A stretch of 57,911 nucleotides of DNA from Alphaproteobacteria bacterium (GTDB taxonomy: Bacteria > Pseudomonadota > Alphaproteobacteria > UBA9219). How positions within the stretch are numbered: position 1 is the stretch's first letter; each line of letters begins with the position of its first letter. A model generated the notes under the pieces. It was given only the letters and a program-made list of their open reading frames with translations, searched no databases and had not been told where the DNA came from. Where the stretch lies: the NCBI GenBank assembly GCA_028692635.1, contig JAQUWX010000004.1, forward strand, positions 1-57,911. The letters are read 5' to 3'. The position numbers were made by a program, and so were the translations under genes. This document shows, piece by piece, positions 10,866 to 19,628 of the stretch.

Positions 10866-11146
10866 TATGCTATAGCCCCCATAAATTTCACATATCAATT
10901 CTATCGGCTAACCAACTCGCTGAGTTGCAGCTAAGTCGGTTTTTGTAACTCGCTGTAATATAAAGGGCATTCTGAAATTACTGGCATCCCAGGTGGAAAG
11001 CTGCCGCCCAGTTGAACAGCCTCTGCTTGCATGGCGCAATAATTGGTTGAAGCCAATTTTGCTAAAAACCACCCCTTGTTTGCCATAAGATTCTTCGGAT
11101 CAACCCACAATCATAATAACAGTTAGACAATAAAGAATACAATTAC

Positions 11147-12331
11147 TCAAGTGTGCAAATTTTCAATTACAACTCGTTTGGTAAAACCAAATCCATTAAA
11201 ATTGCTTTGTGATGCAGACATGTATGCGCCCATGCCATAAATGGCGATCCAGTCCCCTTCATGAATATCAGAGGGAAGAAGAAAAGGGCCTTTGCTATAA
11301 TCCACGGAGTCGCAAGTTGGGCCAAAAAATTCATATGGTAATAATTCGTTTCTGGCGCAGAGGAGGGGATTTTCTCTTATCAACTCAACATCGTTTTTCC
11401 AATTCATAGAACAAACTTCAAACATATTTCCAAAACTGCCATCGTTTATATATAGTTTGTTTTCTTTTCTTAACTCAACCTTGACTATCAATACTTCTCC
11501 CGTTCCGGATAAAGCGCGCCCTGGCTCCGCCCAAACTTCACATTCGCTGGGCAAACTTAATAGAGCAATGCTGGATTCAATTTCTTCAAAGAACTTTTCC
11601 AATGAGGGTGGCTCAATGCCCAGGTGCGGAATGGGAAATCCACCACCAACATCAAACACATCTATTTTATCACCGTAGTTTTTAATAACTTTGCCCGCCA
11701 TCTGAATGGCTTTGGCATATGATCCCGGGACTAAACTTTGTGAGCCAATATGAAAACTTATTCCAGTTTTTGAGGCTATTTCTTTTGCTTGTTTTAGCAG
11801 AATCGGCGCTTTGTCTGTGTGGATTCCAAATTTTCCCGCAAGGGAACATAGGGCGCTACCTTTGGGCATTGCCAATCGGACTATAATGGTCAGGTCTTTT
11901 GCAAAAGACGTTTCTTCCCACAGCTTTTTAAGTTCATCCGGCGTATCTATGACAAATTCTCTGATGCCATGTAGAAAATAGGCTTCTCTTATTGCTCTTC
12001 GACTTTTTACCGGATGCATAAAAGATAATTGCGCATTAGGACAAAGGGAGCTTAGCAATTCAATTTCCGGCAATGAAGCAACATCAAATCTATTTATTCC
12101 ACTCGCATATAAAACCGATAAAATGTATGGATCAGGATTAGATTTTACGGCGTACAGCGCATGTCCTTTAAATTTTTGAATAAATTTGTGGGCATTGCGC
12201 CTAAGCATGCATGGAAATATGCATCGGAGCGGGGCTTCCGGTCTTAATCTAATAACTGCTTCATAAACACTATTGAACACCTCAAGCTTAGCTTCTTTTC
12301 TTGCAACATGCCCAAGCATCACCTCAGCCAT
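11147..12331 (-). CDS. PLP-dependent group IV decarboxylase (ornithine/arginine/DAP decarboxylase family; ODC-like)
   Basis: PLP-lysine motif YAVKSNPD, HIGSQ, GGGFP, EPGR and GPTCDSVD, which are the ODC-family signatures. Substrate is not determinable by eye. Confidence 0.85.
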   Translation of the reverse strand: MAEVMLGHVARKEAKLEVFNSVYEAVIRLRPEAPLRCIFPCMLRRNAHKFIQKFKGHALYAVKSNPDPYILSVLYASGINRFDVASLPEIELLSSLCPNAQLSFMHPVKSRRAIREAYFLHGIREFVIDTPDELKKLWEETSFAKDLTIIVRLAMPKGSALCSLAGKFGIHTDKAPILLKQAKEIASKTGISFHIGSQSLVPGSYAKAIQMAGKVIKNYGDKIDVFDVGGGFPIPHLGIEPPSLEKFFEEIESSIALLSLPSECEVWAEPGRALSGTGEVLIVKVELRKENKLYINDGSFGNMFEVCSMNWKNDVELIRENPLLCARNELLPYEFFGPTCDSVDYSKGPFLLPSDIHEGDWIAIYGMGAYMSASQSNFNGFGFTKRVVIENLHT

Positions 12332-13385
12332 AGCAATATGTTTGAATGACGGATTTGTAAACGGTTATGGCGTGTCTGATAGATGATAAGCTGGCGTATT
12401 CATCGGCTACATGCGCTATTTTTAAGTTGCCAGGACCCAAAATAATGCTGGGGGCCTTGGAAAAGGCCATGTCGCAACTTCCGTTAAAAACGCATTCTGG
12501 CTTGTCTGGATAGTTATCTCTGAAGGCTTTAACAATTTCTGACCCTTCAGGATTTTGCACTGGGTATCTGCGGTCAAAAAGAACTTCTATTTCTACGCCC
12601 GTTTCTTTTAGCGCTTGCATGATCCATTTGTTATTTTTTTCAGGAGTGGTGCGAATGTCGAGGGCTGTTTCGACAAGGGAAGGTATTTGGTTAGAACTTT
12701 TCCCTCCCTGAACAATGGTGGGCTCGATTGTGGCTCCACCCCATGGTGAATTATCTTTAAGATTAATTGCGCGAATAGCTTCAATGTCCTGAATAAATTT
12801 ATCAATCGCGTTTTTGCCCTCCCAAGGCGTCGATGCATGACAACCTTTGCCTCGCGATTTCATTAGAACGTTCATTGCCCCACGCATGGAAGAAGCCATG
12901 CATAAATCCGTAGGCTCCCCAAAAATCGCAGCATCGTAACGAGGAAGATCGGGTTCAATTTTAGCAAAACCATTGGAACCAGTTTCTTCTTCGGCCACAA
13001 GGCAAAGTAGAATTTTACCCTGCTTCAGGGGAAGCATAAGTCGTGTCGCGCTAATAAGGCTGACCAAAGAAGCCCCCGCATCATTTGACCCAAGGCCATA
13101 GATGTTGTCGCCGACAATCTCTGCGCTAAACGGATCGCGTGTCCAGTTATCAAGCGCTTGGACCGTATCTATATGGCTACAAAGCAACAATGTGGGGCCT
13201 TTGGTCTGCCCCTCAATCTCAACAATAAGATTGTTCCCGGTGCGCGAAACGCTGCCGCGAAAATAGGACTCCAAAAGATTTTGTAGATAATTCGCGATTT
13301 TTTCCTCCTCTCTGGAAATGGAAGGAATGGCTATGATTGATTGAAGCGTTGCAACAGCCTCTTTAAAAATTATCTCGGTATCCAT
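12324..13385 (-). CDS. M20-family metallohydrolase (ArgE/DapE-like deacylase)
   Basis: Metal-ligand pattern LLCSHIDTV ... GSNDAGAS ... AEEETGS ... GEPT. 353 aa. Overlaps the decarboxylase start by 8 nt. Confidence 0.8.
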   Translation of the reverse strand: MDTEIIFKEAVATLQSIIAIPSISREEEKIANYLQNLLESYFRGSVSRTGNNLIVEIEGQTKGPTLLLCSHIDTVQALDNWTRDPFSAEIVGDNIYGLGSNDAGASLVSLISATRLMLPLKQGKILLCLVAEEETGSNGFAKIEPDLPRYDAAIFGEPTDLCMASSMRGAMNVLMKSRGKGCHASTPWEGKNAIDKFIQDIEAIRAINLKDNSPWGGATIEPTIVQGGKSSNQIPSLVETALDIRTTPEKNNKWIMQALKETGVEIEVLFDRRYPVQNPEGSEIVKAFRDNYPDKPECVFNGSCDMAFSKAPSIILGPGNLKIAHVADEYASLSSIRHAITVYKSVIQTYCYG

Positions 13386-13404
13386 ATTTTTCTCCTATAG
13401 CTGT

Positions 13405-14640
13405 TTAAACATGCGCAGCGCCTATATAGACGCCATCCATCTTTTTCTTCCCTACTGCATGATAGATTTTCTGCTCAAAACCATGCAAAAGAGAACTTCC
13501 AGCCGCGTCAGCGCCAGTATATGCTTTCGAGGATTCACCGTAGATCGCACCATCGGCTTCCAAAAGGTTATAGGGGCTTTTGACCATTACAGCTTTAATC
13601 ATGCCGGGAACCAAAATTATGCGGCACATGCCTGTTACACGGCGCTGCGAACTCACGAGAAACGCTTTAAGATCATCCATATATGGATCATATGTTTTTG
13701 CCTCATGCAGCAATAAACCAAAAGTTTCAGCAATTTGCTTTTTGCCAGTTATCTGGTGCTGAGTCATAACGATAGCTTCTAATCGGCGGTGGGCCTCATA
13801 GATCAAATCTGCGGCAGGAGATTCAAAAGCAATCCTTCCCTTTTTTCCCGGAGTCGTTGTGCTTAGATAATAATTGCGGCCATAACCGAATTGATTGCCA
13901 ATTTCTGTAATGCGCTGAATGATGGCAATCGCTTCAGTGATTTTATGATTTTTGTATCTAAGCTCAACCAACTCTCCTTTTTCGAAGGTGAGGTCAAGGA
14001 TTGCCTCTTTGGCCTTTGGATCGGGCTTGCTATGCCAAGCATCTTCTGGAATAAGCCCATCGGCCTTGTGCGTCTCGCCGCCACCAATAGAAATGCCCCA
14101 CAAACCCACATTATATGAGTAGGTCGCCTTCTTTTGGGTTATGGATATGTTGTGCTTGCGCAAATAATCGGCAGAGAATGTTCTTGTAATGTCGAATTCG
14201 CGGATAGGCGATTTGCTGATTATTTTGCCGCCGCCCAAAACCTGTGTAGCGACGTCAAATCTATACTGGTCATTTCCCGCGCCAGTCGATCCATTGATAA
14301 AATAAGCAGCCTTTTCCTTTTTGCAAACATCAAGCACTTCCTTTGCGACAATCGGGCGTTCTGCGCTGACACATAAAGGATATCCATCACGAGTGACATT
14401 CCCATAAATCAGATATTTGATAATCTGCTCATAAAAAGGTTTTGCTGCCTCAATATAAACATGCTTATCAGCGCCAACTTCCTTGCTTCTTTTGGCAATG
14501 GCTTTTGCTTCTTTGGAGCTAAATCCTCCTGTATTCACGGTGCAGGTGATAACTTTTTTAATGCCATAAGCCTCGCGGCAATAAGGCACGAGAAACGAGG
14601 TGTCTAATCCTCCGGAAAATGCGATGATTGCTGTTGACAT
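13405..14640 (-). CDS. argG: Argininosuccinate synthase-like ATP-pyrophosphatase (divergent ArgG)
   Basis: AFSGGLDTS P-loop-like motif, GAGNDQYRFD, and length 411 aa. Several segments that are conserved in canonical ArgG look altered (see findings). Confidence 0.8.
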   Translation of the reverse strand: MSTAIIAFSGGLDTSFLVPYCREAYGIKKVITCTVNTGGFSSKEAKAIAKRSKEVGADKHVYIEAAKPFYEQIIKYLIYGNVTRDGYPLCVSAERPIVAKEVLDVCKKEKAAYFINGSTGAGNDQYRFDVATQVLGGGKIISKSPIREFDITRTFSADYLRKHNISITQKKATYSYNVGLWGISIGGGETHKADGLIPEDAWHSKPDPKAKEAILDLTFEKGELVELRYKNHKITEAIAIIQRITEIGNQFGYGRNYYLSTTTPGKKGRIAFESPAADLIYEAHRRLEAIVMTQHQITGKKQIAETFGLLLHEAKTYDPYMDDLKAFLVSSQRRVTGMCRIILVPGMIKAVMVKSPYNLLEADGAIYGESSKAYTGADAAGSSLLHGFEQKIYHAVGKKKMDGVYIGAAHV

Positions 14641-14661
14641 GTTGCTCTCCTGTATAGTTCG

Positions 14662-15525
14662 TTAAGAACGCTCAATGATTGGCAGAAAAATACCATCGTC
14701 TCGCGTAACCGAAAAAGGAGGGGCAATAAAATATTGTTTGCCGTTTTTTATCCCTTCCTGCATGCGGTGCTTTGCCTCAATATCGTTTGCATTAAGCCAA
14801 AAGGTTGGAGCGATTGATGTTTGAGGCACGTCAACAGATTCAGAATCATAATTAACGCTCATTTTCAGTATTAAAGTCATGTCCTTGCCTGGATGAATGG
14901 GAACCATGGGTTGCTCAATTTCAAGCGACAGAGAAGCTCGTCCATGCGTCTTTATGGCGGGATTATCGTATTGGGCTATAACGCGACACTCTTTTCCTTT
15001 TGCCCCATGAGTTTCAAGCGACAAAAGTTTTGTATAAAGGCTGAGATTCTTAAATCCATCAACCTCTCGTCCCAGACTGAATAAAGAAAAATTCACAAGG
15101 CTTCCATCAACCGCTTGAGCATCAACCTGACCAGATACGGGAATATATTCAAGAAAATCGCAATCAATGGCTGCATCATTCTGGTAATGTAGAAGAAGTT
15201 CTTTTGGAATTTCTTCCTTCAATTTCATAAAGCCCACAACGCTTTCCTGCAACAAAACGCAGTCCACATAAACCCATCCCGGCATTTTATAATTGGGCGA
15301 TTTAAAACTTAGTGAGTTAGAAAGAAGATATGCCTCAAGAAAATCCTTGTTTTCCTGCCTTTCCATAACAAATGGGCAAAGGTCGATGCCAAAAGGCTTC
15401 ATATTAAAATGAGGCAACAATCTCTCTGAAGTTGCGATGTATGGCATATATCCATGATTCATTAGAGATAAAAGCCAGTCCGGCGTTTTACCCTCAATCT
15501 TTCTGCAAGCAGATTTATTGGACAT
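14662..15525 (-). CDS. Hypothetical 287-aa protein, first gene of the ArgG-like operon
   Basis: Long ORF with SD GGAGAG 8 nt upstream of the ATG and a 21-nt gap to the ArgG-like gene. I recognise no motif. Confidence 0.6.
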   Translation of the reverse strand: MSNKSACRKIEGKTPDWLLSLMNHGYMPYIATSERLLPHFNMKPFGIDLCPFVMERQENKDFLEAYLLSNSLSFKSPNYKMPGWVYVDCVLLQESVVGFMKLKEEIPKELLLHYQNDAAIDCDFLEYIPVSGQVDAQAVDGSLVNFSLFSLGREVDGFKNLSLYTKLLSLETHGAKGKECRVIAQYDNPAIKTHGRASLSLEIEQPMVPIHPGKDMTLILKMSVNYDSESVDVPQTSIAPTFWLNANDIEAKHRMQEGIKNGKQYFIAPPFSVTRDDGIFLPIIERS

Positions 15526-15722
15526 TGAGCATCTCTCCCCGGCTCCAAACGCTGGGTATTGCGTTTAAGCTGTAAATAAAAAGATTGAGTGACGGCCTTC
15601 TCAGCGCTTTACGCGGGAAGGCAGACAACAAATATATTTTGGGCAGGGGGATATGTGCGCCTAAGCGGCGCGTCGCAGCGTACGGAGAGCAAAAATGTGA
15701 GCGACGTTTATCATGGTCAGGC

Positions 15723-15751
15723 ATTATATACCAAGGAGCGCAATTATTCAA
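15723..15751 (-). promoter_or_regulatory. Near-consensus sigma70-type promoter: TTGAAT-N17-TATAAT on the - strand
   Basis: The reverse complement of 15721-15760 reads ...TTGAATaattgcgctccttggtaTATAATgc. It lies about 190 nt upstream of the 287-aa gene start. Confidence 0.5.
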
Positions 15752-15802
15752 CGAAATAGTCATGTGTTTTCTCATTTGCATTAATATTCGAATAGACATC
15801 TT

Positions 15803-16711
15803 CTAAAAAAGCTCACAAACCATGCAGCGCACTGATCCTCCACCATGCTTTTCAATGGTGGGTATTGGCGCTTTAATAAAGCCGGATACGTGTTGACTAT
15901 ATTGTTCGATTTGCTTTTCAGTCAGTGCGCTGTAGGCGCGTTCTGACAGCGCTAAATGGCGCATTCCATCATGCCCAACAACTTCTAGGGCATTTCCGCT
16001 GAAATTTTTAACTTGCTCAGATGTAAGGATGATGACTTCATTATGACGCTCAAGTTGCCGCAAGACTTTCTTGCGATCTGTCGGCACAATCATGTCCAAA
16101 GATACAGCGGCATAACCTGTGCCTATGTGGCAAATTACATTTGTATGATAAATGGGTCTGCCAGTATTACTGTCACAGGTATCAAAAATGACGGGTGTAT
16201 AGTCAGCAATTCTTCCCCACAATTTAATAAGCTCATCATCCGTGCGGTGTGATCGGGCAACAAACGCTTCTTTATTAAGATGATCTAGAACAAAAACTCC
16301 CGTGCCTTCTAAACTTTTTCCTGTCCTTTCAATTCTTGAAAGATCGAAGACAAAATCATACTTATCTTTAAGTAAGTTTGTTATATCCTCGCGACGCTCA
16401 CGTCGTCGGCTTGGCGTAGCCATTGGATATAAAAACAACCCCTTATCCGGCGTGGTGGATATCCAGTTGTTTGGAAAGACATCGTCTGGGCAATTTTTGC
16501 TTCCGATAAAATTAGTCACTTGAACGCCAGCGTTTAAAAATTGGTCGCGCAGACTTAACATTTCATGTCTAGCTTTTTTCGCAATTTCAGCTGCGCTGCT
16601 TGTGTTGGCCATGTGTTGAAAAGCATTATCAATGCCGGTTTCATGATTATAATTAAAGGCGACCGGCTCTATCATCATAATGCTGTTTGTGGATTGTCGT
16701 CTTTCTTGCAT
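15803..16711 (-). CDS. Guanidino-group-modifying enzyme superfamily protein (amidinotransferase / arginine-deiminase-related, CtlX-like)
   Basis: The N-terminus IMMIEPVAFNYNHETGIDNAFQ and the C-terminal catalytic-Cys motif GGGSVRCMVCELF are typical of this fold. The ATG at 16711 has AGGAGG 6 nt upstream. Confidence 0.8.
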   Translation of the reverse strand: MQERRQSTNSIMMIEPVAFNYNHETGIDNAFQHMANTSSAAEIAKKARHEMLSLRDQFLNAGVQVTNFIGSKNCPDDVFPNNWISTTPDKGLFLYPMATPSRRRERREDITNLLKDKYDFVFDLSRIERTGKSLEGTGVFVLDHLNKEAFVARSHRTDDELIKLWGRIADYTPVIFDTCDSNTGRPIYHTNVICHIGTGYAAVSLDMIVPTDRKKVLRQLERHNEVIILTSEQVKNFSGNALEVVGHDGMRHLALSERAYSALTEKQIEQYSQHVSGFIKAPIPTIEKHGGGSVRCMVCELF

Positions 16712-16748
16712 ATATCCTCCTGCTAAAAATATGGTCTTATAATTGGTT

Positions 16749-17798
16749 TTACAAAGTAAATTGCCGCGCACTTTCCTTCGGCGGATGTGCCGACAGACCT
16801 CCAACGATGCGTTGCTGATTTATGTTGTTAGTAAGGCAATGAATGGCTCCGCCTGCGGCAATAAAACGGCTCACATCTCTTGTGATGACCTCGTAGCCTG
16901 CTTTGCGGATTCTTTCCTGAAGATCGTGGCTACATGCAGGCATAACAACTGTATTGTTTATACAAACAAGATTACAGGCCAATCTCTCTGCATCATTTTT
17001 TGAGACTGGAATAAGATGTTTATCAATAGGCAAATCATAATCAGCAAAGGCTTTCTTGTAAAAAAACTGTATAGCTTCCGGTAAAACGCCATTTTTATAA
17101 AAAACTATATGCCCCTTAGAAAGCGGCGCTAATGAAGTATCAATATGAAAAAATGGACGAGAAACCGGAAGGCTTATTGCCTCAACGCCCGTTGTTGCGC
17201 TCAGCGCTTCGTGAGCGCGTAAATCAGAACGCCCTGCAGCTGCACATTTCCTTTCCGGCTGTTTGCTATAGCCAGACCAAAATATATCTCGGAAAACGTC
17301 ATAGACATTGTCTCCAGAGCCTTCCATGCGATAATGAGATTCCACAATCGCATGATTGGGAATTTTCTTTTCAAAAAAAGCCGCACTAATTGCTACTTCA
17401 TTCTGGCGCTCTTCATTGGAGAAGCGGCTTAATAATGTTATGGATTTTGCCTGTTTTTTTCTATTTATATCCCAACCGTTGTTCGTAATGGACAAGGAAG
17501 GATCAGCCGTAAAAACCAGGTCAGGACAGTTATTTTCCGGATCAATTTCTATAATTTTAGCGCCAATAGAAATAAATGTGTTTTTAAGATTTTGCCATTG
17601 AGCTTCGGCTGTGCGTTGAAATTCTTTTTTATTTCTTTTGTATTCTATATAGCCTCTGGTTTCAAAATCATTGGCGGATCCAGAAGATTCATTGGGCTTT
17701 CTGATTTCGTAATAATCAGGAGGACACATAAGAAAAATAGGAGCTTCATGCGAGTTGTTGCCTTTTCGTCGTATTTTGGCGACATCCATAATGGACAT
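16749..17798 (-). CDS. Second guanidino-group-modifying enzyme superfamily protein (DDAH/amidinotransferase-like)
   Basis: FLMCPPDYYEI near the N-terminus and a C-terminal AAGGAIHCLTNN catalytic-Cys motif. The ATG at 17798 is preceded by GGGGAG. Confidence 0.72.
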   Translation of the reverse strand: MSIMDVAKIRRKGNNSHEAPIFLMCPPDYYEIRKPNESSGSANDFETRGYIEYKRNKKEFQRTAEAQWQNLKNTFISIGAKIIEIDPENNCPDLVFTADPSLSITNNGWDINRKKQAKSITLLSRFSNEERQNEVAISAAFFEKKIPNHAIVESHYRMEGSGDNVYDVFRDIFWSGYSKQPERKCAAAGRSDLRAHEALSATTGVEAISLPVSRPFFHIDTSLAPLSKGHIVFYKNGVLPEAIQFFYKKAFADYDLPIDKHLIPVSKNDAERLACNLVCINNTVVMPACSHDLQERIRKAGYEVITRDVSRFIAAGGAIHCLTNNINQQRIVGGLSAHPPKESARQFTL

Positions 17799-17887
17799 TG
17801 AATTACTCCCCGCAACAATTATCAAAGTGTTACGGTTGAATTATCAAAATTTACTCACATAAAACTATGCTTGTAATTGGTGCATAG

Positions 17888-17903
17888 CACTCAATATATG
17901 AGT
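17888..17903. promoter_or_regulatory. Palindromic operator-like site 1: AGCACTCA-atata-TGAGT
   Basis: Inverted repeat ACTCA/TGAGT in the divergent intergenic region. It is the same motif as site 2, exactly 100 bp away. Confidence 0.45.
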
Positions 17904-17987
17904 TCTTTTTGCTCATCAGGGGCTAATGATCTGTTTGCGCCCATGCCATGCCAACTTTTCTTTCAGTCATTCGATTTGGCGCAAAAG

Positions 17988-18004
17988 CACTCATATTATG
18001 AGTG
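17988..18004. promoter_or_regulatory. Palindromic operator-like site 2: AGCACTCA-tatta-TGAGTG
   Basis: Inverted repeat CACTCA/TGAGTG. It shares AGCACTCA...TGAGT with site 1. Confidence 0.45.
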
Positions 18005-18100
18005 TAAAAAGCTAAAAATGTCTCCTGACGCTTGTGTTTAAAAGAATGGAAGATTGCCGCTAATCGAAAGTCCTGAAAATGGCAGTTTTTATTTTATTGG

Positions 18101-19615
18101 ATGATTTATATGCGGATTGATTGCGACCAAATTGTTTTTCAAAAATGCAGCGATTTAAAAAACTTCTTGTGGTGCAAAATCTCACAAAATGGGACTCCTG
18201 ATTTGGGAGGTATAGAGGAGGAGATAATCCTTCTTAAAAGAAACGGAATGCCCATTTCATGGAAGAGGCATCAAAAATTTATAGCAGATTTAGCTCTTGC
18301 CCTGCCTAACGGCACAATACGAAATGATAGAGATGTCTGGGGAAACAATATGGTGTTTGGCGGAGAGTCAAGCATTGGCCGACTTCAGCCTGAAACAAAC
18401 TCCACGCTTGTTGAATTTGCGCACGCGCCTGTTCCAGATTCTTGGACTCTATATCTACAATCACAAGAGTTTCTCTTTGCTCTTTTAATGGAGGCCAGGA
18501 GAAGTGATTTTGTCGTGCTTGGCGCTGGAATTGCCCCCACTATGTGTTGGGACGATTTCTATCGTTATGAAGCGATAATGCCGCATGCGACGTTTCCATA
18601 TTCATGGGAACACATGAAAAATAAAACCAGGCCAGAGTATTGCAGGACTGTTTTTGGAACGGCCAGCACACACCACAGTCTAGGTTTTAATAAACCAGAT
18701 ATTATGATGGAGTATTTAAAAACTGCGCTTCGCCTTCAACCCACAATGATTGCCCTGACAGGTAATTCTCCATTTTGGGCTAGAGAGCGTGCAAGAGATA
18801 AAAACGGAAGAACTCTGCTATCTTTGCGTAGTTATTTGCAACTTGATTATGGGCGCACTTTTGGAATTGACGGAATAAAATATCTGTACCCCGATCAACT
18901 ATTGGATGCAAAAATAAGTTTTGAACAGGTTATTGATTACTATCTAGATTCTCCTCTTGATAGAACATTTATCAACGGAGAGAAGGCCTATGTTGGTTCG
19001 CTTTCGATGCGTCAATACATTGAACAAGGATGTATTAGGGAAGGGAGGCGCTTTTTTCCAAAGGCAGACGCCATTAATATGATGTTTCGAACGCCGATTG
19101 TGGATGTTCGCCTATCCATGATAAATGCTCCGCGCATAGAAGCGCGTTGTCATGATTGCGTATCTCATCATGTTTCGGTTGCAATAGATGCTTTTTATCG
19201 GGGAATTGCAGCTAATTTAGATGAAGCCAGTTCGTTATTGGCCGGAATAACCCCTCAAGAAACGCGAAGGCAAAGAAAACAGGTTTGTTATACCGGCCTT
19301 GATACCCTCGTCGCTCATCCAATGTCCTGTATAAAAACACAGCAGGATATAGCGTTAAAAATGCTTTCAATTTCTCAAGAGGGTTTGGTTGCTAGAGGGC
19401 TTAATGAAGAAAGTCTGCTAACCCCGCTACAATATATTGCTGAATCGGGGAAGAATCCAGCGCAAGAAGTTTTGAGAAATGTAAGATTTGACGAAGATGG
19501 GGTCATTCCTCTCGATCAAGCATTCACTTTCTTTAGTTATGCACAAAGACCTTTGGTTCAGTCTGGCGTGTGCCGTGAATCCTCAGAACATTGGGCGCAT
19601 TGTAAGATAAAATAA
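18101..19615 (+). CDS. Carboxylate-amine ligase of the glutamate-cysteine-ligase (GCS2-like) type, tentative
   Basis: 504 aa. The segments GGIEEEIILL, LQPETNSTLVEFAHAP and LTGNSPFW resemble the E-x-E, (L)EPGGQxELS and ANSPF segments of GCL-family ligases. Motif-level resemblance only. Confidence 0.5.
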   Translation: MIYMRIDCDQIVFQKCSDLKNFLWCKISQNGTPDLGGIEEEIILLKRNGMPISWKRHQKFIADLALALPNGTIRNDRDVWGNNMVFGGESSIGRLQPETNSTLVEFAHAPVPDSWTLYLQSQEFLFALLMEARRSDFVVLGAGIAPTMCWDDFYRYEAIMPHATFPYSWEHMKNKTRPEYCRTVFGTASTHHSLGFNKPDIMMEYLKTALRLQPTMIALTGNSPFWARERARDKNGRTLLSLRSYLQLDYGRTFGIDGIKYLYPDQLLDAKISFEQVIDYYLDSPLDRTFINGEKAYVGSLSMRQYIEQGCIREGRRFFPKADAINMMFRTPIVDVRLSMINAPRIEARCHDCVSHHVSVAIDAFYRGIAANLDEASSLLAGITPQETRRQRKQVCYTGLDTLVAHPMSCIKTQQDIALKMLSISQEGLVARGLNEESLLTPLQYIAESGKNPAQEVLRNVRFDEDGVIPLDQAFTFFSYAQRPLVQSGVCRESSEHWAHCKIK

Positions 19616-19628
19616 TTGCGAAAGAATA

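Noticed and set aside
15526-15716. Guanidine (ykkC-type) riboswitch in the leader of the ArgG-like operon
   Set aside because: I looked for the conserved ykkC, mini-ykkC (ACGR loops) and ykkC-III segments I remember. I found only a weak resemblance (GCCGGGGAGAG near the SD). Not enough to call a known class.
15515-15799. 94-aa ORF filling the gap between the GME-1 gene and the 287-aa gene
   Set aside because: Its composition is Arg/Ser/Pro/Leu-rich, it has no SD, and it contains a near-consensus promoter and hairpins. More likely a non-coding leader. Kept only as an alternative in the leader finding.
17888-18004. ArgR ARG boxes in the divergent promoter
   Set aside because: The palindromes (ACTCA-N5-TGAGT) do not fit the TGAAT-N4-ATTCA-type ARG box consensus as I recall it.
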